A stretch of DNA of 64,000 nt, from the NCBI GenBank assembly GCA_028820405.1, contig JAPPJI010000021.1, positions 2,770 through 66,769 of the forward strand, in the 5' to 3' direction. The number at the start of each line of letters is the position of its first letter. The stretch's first letter is position 1. The notes beneath the pieces were generated by a model. The model searched no databases and was not told the DNA's origin. It was given only the letters and a program-made list of their open reading frames with translations. Positions 18,975-26,342 of the stretch are shown piece after piece. A program made the translations under genes and the position numbers. Origin of the DNA: Candidatus Kaiserbacteria bacterium (GTDB lineage: Bacteria > Patescibacteriota > Minisyncoccia > Phycocordibacterales > JABAAK01).

Positions 18975-20346
18975 CACTTGGTATGCTATCACCATGAAAT
19001 TCCTCAATGTATAAAAGCAATACATCCTTGAATGTTTTTAGAACCTCTCCTTCGTGTATTACATCACCTCCCTTTATGCTTAATTCTCCTTCACGAACGA
19101 CCAACCCTTCAATGTGCCTACCTTTAAGCAAACGTGGCAGAAATGGTGCCTTGTGGGACAGGTTTACTGCTGACACAATGAACTTACAGTGGTCTCTCAA
19201 ACCATCAAACATATCACTCTGACCATATTTATTATCAACTATGGGTTCACAATCGTTAGAAAGAGATTGCTTTATAGCGTCAACTAAAGCTTTCTTTGAT
19301 CCGACAGTCTTTATTAAAAAAGACACAGTTCTTTTCATGGGTCTTCCGTATTCCCTCTCTTCAATCATAGAGAACCCTGAACTATTTCTTTTTTGTGAAT
19401 ACTGTAGCGTCCCCAACCCATTGAGGACCTGTCGCAAGTTTATGATATTTTTTCTGAAGAAGTTTTTCAAAAGGAATAATGACAACCAGACACTTATATA
19501 TTGACCTGTTTTATCTGTCACTTGTTTATTTGGTTGTGGGCCAAAAACGGTACCCATATATTCAGCAATAATACCTTTCGGGTCATACTCAAAAACTTCC
19601 TTGCTGTAAAATTTATCAAGATACCCTTGTGAATCTGTGCCAGCACCATATTTGTGGTGAAAGATTGATCGTAGGTTATTATAGTCCGCTACAAAAATTA
19701 CGTGATCAAAACCAAGCCTTTTAGCAACTGTCTTCTCCTCATCCTCGCCAACAAATAAAGAAAATACATTAAATAGTCTGAAAATATGTTCGGGATCAAG
19801 TCGATCCATATCATCAATAACCAAAACTTTCTTCTTTTCTTTCCCCGCAACTTTGCACAACATTTTTCTGATTTTTTCTTCAGTAATCGTCCCAAAAGAT
19901 TCTTTTATCTCTTCAATCGCAGCAACTATGAAATTCGCAATTGGATTGACCCTCCCCAGCAAAGATGCGGTTTTCCACCCTATCTTTACCAACTTTTTCA
20001 TTTTTGATTTTTCCTTGTGCCCTGACAAGGGTCCTTTTTCTCCACCTTGTTCCATAATAGATATCATCAAGTCTTCCTTCATGGTTTCTATCAGTACCTC
20101 ACTTCCCACTATTTGATAAGCTGTGGGGCGAAGACGTACCCAAAAGTAATATTCCTCATACTGCTTAAAAAACCTCTCGATAAAAAACGTCTTCCCTATA
20201 CCAAATTTGCCAGAAAACAAGATTCTACTGTTTCTCAACATCTCCAAATGATGTTTAAAATGATCAAACAAGGGATCTATCGGTATTATCATACCGCTTC
20301 CAACCAACCCGTCTTGGGATTCTTTAGGATCTTTTGTTACATCCAT
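18964..20346 (-). CDS. KAP-family P-loop NTPase
   Basis: Walker A SGKFGIGKTFF. The Walker B context KVLVIDDMDRLDPEHIF matches the KAP signature (hhhhIDDLDRxxP). AT-rich codon usage unlike the flanking genes. Confidence 0.7.
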   Translation of the reverse strand: MDVTKDPKESQDGLVGSGMIIPIDPLFDHFKHHLEMLRNSRILFSGKFGIGKTFFIERFFKQYEEYYFWVRLRPTAYQIVGSEVLIETMKEDLMISIMEQGGEKGPLSGHKEKSKMKKLVKIGWKTASLLGRVNPIANFIVAAIEEIKESFGTITEEKIRKMLCKVAGKEKKKVLVIDDMDRLDPEHIFRLFNVFSLFVGEDEEKTVAKRLGFDHVIFVADYNNLRSIFHHKYGAGTDSQGYLDKFYSKEVFEYDPKGIIAEYMGTVFGPQPNKQVTDKTGQYISVWLSLFLLKNFFRKNIINLRQVLNGLGTLQYSQKRNSSGFSMIEEREYGRPMKRTVSFLIKTVGSKKALVDAIKQSLSNDCEPIVDNKYGQSDMFDGLRDHCKFIVSAVNLSHKAPFLPRLLKGRHIEGLVVREGELSIKGGDVIHEGEVLKTFKDVLLLYIEEFHGDSIPSVRG

Positions 20347-20461
20347 ACACTAATCACATGATAGTGTAATAACGATATGGAGCACAAGTCAAGACATTGA
20401 CCGACAGTTTCCGATCACTATTCATTTGTAGCCGTGCAAGGAGGTTATACTGAATATAAGC

Positions 20462-21541
20462 ATGGTCACCAAAAGCCTAAACAAGGGATTGCATACTGCA
20501 AAGAGAGAAAAGAAAGATGAGTTCTATACCCAACTTACTGATATTGAAAAAGAGCTGAAACATTACAAAGATCAGTTTCGTAATAAAGTTGTGTATTGTA
20601 ATTGCGATGACCCTTATGAAAGTAATTTTTTTAAATATTTTTCTCTCAGTTTCAACCACTTGGGGTTAAAAAAGCTTATCACCACGAGTTACAAACCATC
20701 ACCAATTACTGGCAAACAATTGCCTTTGGTTGAAATTGAAGGATTAAAGCCAGAAGGCAAAGAACCTTTCAAACTTGAGATCAATGAAGTTTTAGACAAT
20801 AACAAAGATGGTGCTGTTGACTTAACAGATGTTGAGTGGCTATTGAAGAATGATGCGAACACCGCCACACCACTTGATAGTGACGGTGATTTTCGCAGTG
20901 AAGAATGTGTAGAATTTCTCAAAGAAGCAGATGTTGTTGTAACGAACCCTCCTTTTTCACTTTTTCGCGAGTACCTTGCTCAGTTGATGGAGTATGATAA
21001 GAAGTTTTTAATCATTGGAAACATCAACGCCATCACGTACAAAGAGACATTTCCGTTAATCCAGAAAAACAAGGTATGGCTTGGAGTAAGCATCCATAGC
21101 GGAGATCGTGAATTCAGAGTTCCTGACCACTACCCTCTAGAGGCTGCCGGGTATCGTGTTGATGACGAAGGCAACAAATACATTCGCATAAAAGGTGTTC
21201 GATGGTTTACAAATCTTGACACAGAAAAGCGGCACGAAAGTCTTGTTTTGTACAAGAAGTACACCCCCGAGGAGTTTCCAAAATATGACAACTATGATGC
21301 CATAAATGTAAATAAAACCTCTGACATCCCGATGGATTATGCTGATGCAATGGGTGTGCCGATCACTTTTTTGGACAAACACAACCCCGATCAATTTGAG
21401 ATAGTAAATTCAAATAATGTAAGGTTAAGCGAAAAAGTTCCGACCAAAGACTCGGGACTTATCAAAGACAAAGAAAGTGCAATAAACGGCAAGCCGACCT
21501 ATGTTCGAGTTGTCATAAAAAACAAGGAGGTGACAAAATAA
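20462..21541 (+). CDS. N6-adenine DNA methyltransferase, M.EcoRI-like (EcoRI_methylase family)
   Basis: The SDEFYTQ N-terminal motif, VVYCNCDDP, FFKYFSLxFxxLGLKKLI, VVTNPPFSLFREYL (NPPF motif IV), DKKFLIIGNINAITYKE and YPKYDNYDAINVNKTxDIP are all as recalled for M.EcoRI. AT-rich. Confidence 0.8.
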   Translation: MVTKSLNKGLHTAKREKKDEFYTQLTDIEKELKHYKDQFRNKVVYCNCDDPYESNFFKYFSLSFNHLGLKKLITTSYKPSPITGKQLPLVEIEGLKPEGKEPFKLEINEVLDNNKDGAVDLTDVEWLLKNDANTATPLDSDGDFRSEECVEFLKEADVVVTNPPFSLFREYLAQLMEYDKKFLIIGNINAITYKETFPLIQKNKVWLGVSIHSGDREFRVPDHYPLEAAGYRVDDEGNKYIRIKGVRWFTNLDTEKRHESLVLYKKYTPEEFPKYDNYDAINVNKTSDIPMDYADAMGVPITFLDKHNPDQFEIVNSNNVRLSEKVPTKDSGLIKDKESAINGKPTYVRVVIKNKEVTK

Positions 21542-21542
21542 C

Positions 21543-22637
21543 ATGAAAATAGAACTCAAAAGAATTCCTGTTCGTGAGGCAGTTAATGGCTACAAAGATA
21601 ATGCCGAGGAGGGTGTTACGGCATACGGCGGCAAACTTGATGTTCGCCCAAAATACCAACGCGAGTTTGTTTATGACGACAGACAGCGTGATGCGGTAAT
21701 TGAAACAATCAAACAAGATTTTCCGCTTAATGTGATGTACTGGATGACAAAAGATGACGGAATTAATTACGAAATGATTGACGGTCAACAGCGAACTATC
21801 AGTATTGGTCAGTATGTGAGTGGTAATTTTGCACTTGCTAATCGTTTTTTCTATAACCTCACAAAAGAAGAGCAGAATCAGATCCTTGACTACGAGCTCA
21901 TGATTTACTTCTGCGAAGGAACAGACAAAGAACGTTTAGATTGGTTTAAGGTTATCAACATCGCCGGTGAAAAACTGACCGATCAAGAAATACGGAATGC
22001 GGTATATACCGGACCATGGCTTTCTGATGCAAAATTGAAATTCAGTAAAACGAGCTGTGCAGCGTACAAATTAGCAAACGACGGAGGAACACTTTTGAAC
22101 GGTGAATTAAACAGACAGCACTACCTAGAAACCGCCCTCTCTTGGATTAATCATGGAGAAATAGATGGTTACATGGCAAAGCATCAGCACGAACCAAACG
22201 CAAACAACCTATGGAGTTACTTTCAAGATGTGATCATGTGGGTTCGCAAGACATTCCCAAAATATCGAAAAGAAATGAGAGGTGTGAATTGGGGCGGGCT
22301 GCACAACGAATCTAAAGACAAAAAATTGGATGCTGAGAAACTAGAAACTGAGGTTGCTCAATTAATGCAAGATGAAGATGTAACAAGAAGGTCGGGCATT
22401 TACCCTTATGTCCTCACAAGAGATGAGAGACACCTCCAAATACGTGCGTTTACCGACAACATGAAACGAGAAGTATATGAGGAACAAGAGGGAATCTGCA
22501 AAAAATGTGAAGAACAATTCCCATTCGAAGAAATGGAGGCTGACCACATTAAGCCGTGGCACGAAGGCGGCAAAACGACCTCAGAAAATTGTCAGATGTT
22601 GTGCAAGGATTGCAATCGGAGAAAATCCGGAAAATAA
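21543..22637 (+). CDS. DUF262 (ParB/Srx-like, DGQQR motif) + C-terminal HNH nuclease fusion (COG1479/GmrSD-related)
   Basis: YQREFVY and IDGQQRTISIGQY DUF262 signatures. C-terminal CKKCEEQ...ADHIKPWHEGGKTTSENCQMLCKDCNRRK is a canonical zinc-finger HNH. The start codon lies 1 nt after the MTase stop. Confidence 0.8.
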   Translation: MKIELKRIPVREAVNGYKDNAEEGVTAYGGKLDVRPKYQREFVYDDRQRDAVIETIKQDFPLNVMYWMTKDDGINYEMIDGQQRTISIGQYVSGNFALANRFFYNLTKEEQNQILDYELMIYFCEGTDKERLDWFKVINIAGEKLTDQEIRNAVYTGPWLSDAKLKFSKTSCAAYKLANDGGTLLNGELNRQHYLETALSWINHGEIDGYMAKHQHEPNANNLWSYFQDVIMWVRKTFPKYRKEMRGVNWGGLHNESKDKKLDAEKLETEVAQLMQDEDVTRRSGIYPYVLTRDERHLQIRAFTDNMKREVYEEQEGICKKCEEQFPFEEMEADHIKPWHEGGKTTSENCQMLCKDCNRRKSGK

Positions 22638-22640
22638 CAA

Positions 22641-22652
22641 CTCACCCCCCTA
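22641..22652. repeat. right copy of the ~12-bp imperfect direct repeat (CTCACCCCCCTA) flanking the island
   Basis: See the left copy at 18963-18974. Confidence 0.3.
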
Positions 22653-25600
22653 CTCCGCCTCTTTCTCTGCTTCCGCTTCTTCAAGACGGCGTTGCACGTC
22701 TTCACTTATCTTCCGAACAATATCATGCTTCTTGCTCCCTTCAAAACCGCTGCCAACCGGCACCAGGCGACCGATGATCACGTTTTCTTTCACACCGTCA
22801 AGGGTATCCTTTGATCCGCTGATAGCAGCCCTGATGAGAACACTGGTTGTGTTCTGGAACGACGCTGAAGAGAGAAAATTACTCCGGGACACCGACACGT
22901 TGGTGATACCGGTCACAATATGCTCCGCCTCCATGACATGTTTCTTTGCCGTTTTCAGCTCTTCATTTGCTTCAATAAATTCACTCAAATCAATAACCTC
23001 ACCGGCAGTATAGATACCGTCACCGGAATCAGTGATCCGAAGCCGGCTGAACATTTGACGGATGATAATTTCAAAATGTATTGATGCGGTACCCACTCCC
23101 TGCAGTTCGTAGACCTTTGAAACCTCGCTCAAAATGTACTCCTGTGTCGCCTCCTTCCCGCAGTACTGCAGCATCTCCTCAAGGTCCGCTGATCCGTCAG
23201 TGAGAAACTGTCCTTTCGTTACTTCATCGCCGACTGCAACCGAAAGCGTTCGAATCGGAGAAACAGAATAACTCTTGTCCGCAGCTGCAACCCGTTTCGC
23301 ACCGACGTTGAGATAAATTGTTCGACTTCCGTCGCTGTGTTCTTCAATCTGCTCAATCGTCCCGTCAGCGTGAGCGATAACTGCCGGCACTTTCGGTGCC
23401 CGTCGTTCAAAGAGCTCGGTCACCCGCGGCAGTCCTGAGGTAATGTCACCGCCGGCCTGAGCGACACCGCCGGCGTGGAAGGTTCGAAGCGTTAGCTGCG
23501 TACCCGGCTCTCCGACCGACTGTGCGGCAATGGTTCCGACCGCTTCACCGAGATCAACAATCTCACCCGTTGTTCGGTCTTCGCCGTAGCACTTCGCACA
23601 CACGCCGCGTGCATGCAGGCAGGTAATCGGTGATCGCACCCGTATCTTGTCAACAGACTCATGCTTTTCAATAGTTCGTGCCAGGTCGCGATCGATAAAG
23701 TCCCCTTTCTTTGCAACCGCTTTCCCCTTGTCACCAACAACGTCTTCGGAGAGGAATCGTCCCCGAATACGGTCACTGAACGAGTCTCCCGCTCCCGATT
23801 CTGTTTCCCGGTAGAGGTTGAACCCTTTTGTCGTACCGCAGTCGTCTCCGTCAATCCGAATCTCCTGTGCAACGCTGAAGAGCTTTCGTGAGAGGAACCC
23901 CGCATCCGCCGTCTTAAGAGCGGTGTCAGCGGCACCCTTTCTCGCACCGAATGACGCATTGAAGTACTCAATAGACTTCATACCGTCTTTCAGTGACGAA
24001 ATAACCGGCTGCTCAATCGGCTCACCTGATGCCGAGTCAACGACACCGAACATCGCCGTCATGTCACCGAGGTCATCAAAGGAGCCACGGGCACCGGATT
24101 GGATCATTTTTCCGACCGGGGAATCTGTCAGCACCTCATCCCGTGCCCGCTGACTGAGATCGCCTTTCACGTCAAGCCACAGGTCAATGTTCTTTCGCTT
24201 TCTCTCCTGGAGAGAGATGGTCCCCTCGTTATACGCATCCATAACCTCCTGTGATTTCTTGAACCCTTCCTGGATGATCGAATCACGATTGCCCGGGCAA
24301 CGAAGGTCTTCCCATGAAAAGGTCACGCCGGATGCCATTGCATATTTGAAACCGAAGTCCTTGATGAGGTCAAGGTGGTCAACAAGCACCTGGCGACCGA
24401 GGGTATCAAAAATGTCTCTCGTAACCTGTTTGAGCATCTTCTTGTCAATAGCGTCGTTAATGTACGGATACTCCTTCGGCAGTGTCATATTGAACAGCAG
24501 GCGGCCTACCGTTGTCTCAAACATCGTTCCCCGATGCTCACCGTACTTCTCTTTGTCAGAAGCGAGCACTTTTATCTTCGATCGAATCCCGACAATGCCG
24601 TAGTCACTCGCGCTAATCGCTTCATTTATGTTTGCAAAATACTTCCCTTCCCCGTGACCGCCTTCTTCAATCTCTGTTGCCCAGTAACAGCCGAGAACGA
24701 TGTCCTGCTCCGCCGGCGTTATGTTAATCTCACCCGATGCCGGTGAGACAACATTCATAGAAGATGCAAGGATGTTCTTTGCCTCTGCCTGTGCCTCCTC
24801 AGAAAGCGGCAGGTGCACCACAACCGCATCACCGTCGAAGTCTGCGTTGTACGGCGTACACACGAGCGGGTGAAACTCAATGGCAAGTCCTTCGGTGAGG
24901 ATCGGCCGAAACGCCTGAATACTCTGCCGGTGCAGTGTCGGTGCCCGATTCAGGAGCATATACTTTCCGACAATAACTTTTTCTAATATCTCCCACACAA
25001 CGGGCTCACGTGAATCAATGAGCCGCTGTGCGCCCCGAATATTGAAGGCAAGGTCACGATCAAAAATCTCCCCGATAATGAACGGCTTGAATATTTCCAG
25101 TGCCATTGTCTTCGGCAGACCGAACTCATCGAGTTTCAGGTGCTGACCGACGACAATAACTGAACGGCCGACAAAGTCAACGCGTTTTCCGAGCAGGTTC
25201 AGTCGGAAGTACCCGGTCTTTCCGCCGAGGTACTCTGATATCGGCTTCAGCTGCCGTGACTGACCGCGACCGCCGGTTGACGGTGCACCGCGACCCGTGC
25301 TCTTCTCAAAGAGCGCGTCAACTGATTCCTGTAAAAGTCGTTTTTGCGTGTTGACAAAGATTGCCGGTGCCTTTGACTCACGAAACTCTTTCAGACGGTT
25401 GTTTCGAACAATGATGTGGCGATAGAGGTCATTGAGGTCGGAACTTGCGTAGCGACCGCCGTCAAGCTGCACAATCGGTCGTATACCCGGAGGAATAACC
25501 GGAAGCACGGTCACGAACATCCACTCCGGTCTGTTTCCCGACTGGATAAATGATCGGATAATGAGCAGCTGCCGCTGCAGCCGTTCCTGCTGCCCTTTGT

Positions 25601-26339
25601 TCGCTGTCTCAAGGTCACGGAGCACCTCCCGTTCTTTCTTCTCAAGATCAATGTCCTTCAGCAAGTTGTAGATAACCTCTCCGCCTTTCTCCGCTTTGAA
25701 AAGATCGGGAAATGACCGCTTCAGCTGATCATGCCGAACGCCGTCAATAATTATTCCGGGCTGCACCGAGTCAAGGTCATTGACACGGGTCTCGTACAGG
25801 ATATTCAGCATCTCACGCGTCTCCTCCTGACCGGCTTTTTGCAGTTTTTCATCAAACTCTTTCTTAATACTCTTGTGCAACTTTTTCCGATCACCCTCAT
25901 CAACGTCAAGCACGTAGTACGAAGAGTAGTAGACAACGTTTTGCACCTGCTGAGCGGGGAGACCGAGGAGCATTGCAACCCGTGACGGCACCTTACGGAG
26001 ATACCACGGGTGTGCAACCGGCGTCGCAAGCTCAATGTGTCCCATCCGCTCACGCCGCACCAGTGCCCGTGTCACCTCAACGCCACAGTTTGAGCACGTG
26101 ATGCCCTGGTATTGATTCCCCTTATACTTCCCACAGCTACACTGAAAGTCATGCTCGGGACCGAAGATTTTTTCGCAAAAGAGTCCGTCACGCTCTGACC
26201 GTTGGGTACGGTAATTGATGGTTTCTGACTTCGTCACTTCGCCAAATGACCACGACTGGATCTCATCAGGCGACGCGAGCCGCAAGTTGAGGTGATCAAA
26301 GTTTTGTGTCTTTCGTATTGTTTTTTTACTATCCTGCAT
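22650..26339 (-). CDS. rpoC: DNA-directed RNA polymerase subunit beta'
   Basis: 1229 aa. Zinc-binding CxxC N-terminus, NADFDGD catalytic loop, trigger-loop/bridge-helix regions. Confidence 0.97.
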   Translation of the reverse strand: MQDSKKTIRKTQNFDHLNLRLASPDEIQSWSFGEVTKSETINYRTQRSERDGLFCEKIFGPEHDFQCSCGKYKGNQYQGITCSNCGVEVTRALVRRERMGHIELATPVAHPWYLRKVPSRVAMLLGLPAQQVQNVVYYSSYYVLDVDEGDRKKLHKSIKKEFDEKLQKAGQEETREMLNILYETRVNDLDSVQPGIIIDGVRHDQLKRSFPDLFKAEKGGEVIYNLLKDIDLEKKEREVLRDLETANKGQQERLQRQLLIIRSFIQSGNRPEWMFVTVLPVIPPGIRPIVQLDGGRYASSDLNDLYRHIIVRNNRLKEFRESKAPAIFVNTQKRLLQESVDALFEKSTGRGAPSTGGRGQSRQLKPISEYLGGKTGYFRLNLLGKRVDFVGRSVIVVGQHLKLDEFGLPKTMALEIFKPFIIGEIFDRDLAFNIRGAQRLIDSREPVVWEILEKVIVGKYMLLNRAPTLHRQSIQAFRPILTEGLAIEFHPLVCTPYNADFDGDAVVVHLPLSEEAQAEAKNILASSMNVVSPASGEINITPAEQDIVLGCYWATEIEEGGHGEGKYFANINEAISASDYGIVGIRSKIKVLASDKEKYGEHRGTMFETTVGRLLFNMTLPKEYPYINDAIDKKMLKQVTRDIFDTLGRQVLVDHLDLIKDFGFKYAMASGVTFSWEDLRCPGNRDSIIQEGFKKSQEVMDAYNEGTISLQERKRKNIDLWLDVKGDLSQRARDEVLTDSPVGKMIQSGARGSFDDLGDMTAMFGVVDSASGEPIEQPVISSLKDGMKSIEYFNASFGARKGAADTALKTADAGFLSRKLFSVAQEIRIDGDDCGTTKGFNLYRETESGAGDSFSDRIRGRFLSEDVVGDKGKAVAKKGDFIDRDLARTIEKHESVDKIRVRSPITCLHARGVCAKCYGEDRTTGEIVDLGEAVGTIAAQSVGEPGTQLTLRTFHAGGVAQAGGDITSGLPRVTELFERRAPKVPAVIAHADGTIEQIEEHSDGSRTIYLNVGAKRVAAADKSYSVSPIRTLSVAVGDEVTKGQFLTDGSADLEEMLQYCGKEATQEYILSEVSKVYELQGVGTASIHFEIIIRQMFSRLRITDSGDGIYTAGEVIDLSEFIEANEELKTAKKHVMEAEHIVTGITNVSVSRSNFLSSASFQNTTSVLIRAAISGSKDTLDGVKENVIIGRLVPVGSGFEGSKKHDIVRKISEDVQRRLEEAEAEKEAE

Positions 26340-26342
26340 ACG

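Noticed and set aside
21107-21112. GAATTC sites (e.g. 21107, ~21566, ~52951, ~53613, ~61591) as evidence for or against an EcoRI-specificity R-M system
   Set aside because: Sites are present both inside and outside the island at an unremarkable frequency. Without genome-wide statistics, site avoidance or enrichment cannot be judged, so no conclusion is drawn.
23492-23971. 159-aa minus-strand ORF and many other 60-180-aa ORFs inside rpoC/rpoB (e.g. 23818-24153, 27208-27657, 28308-28778)
   Set aside because: These lie entirely within the highly conserved rpoB/rpoC coding regions in other frames or strands. They have biased, Arg/Ser-rich shadow-ORF composition and no motifs, so they are treated as spurious.
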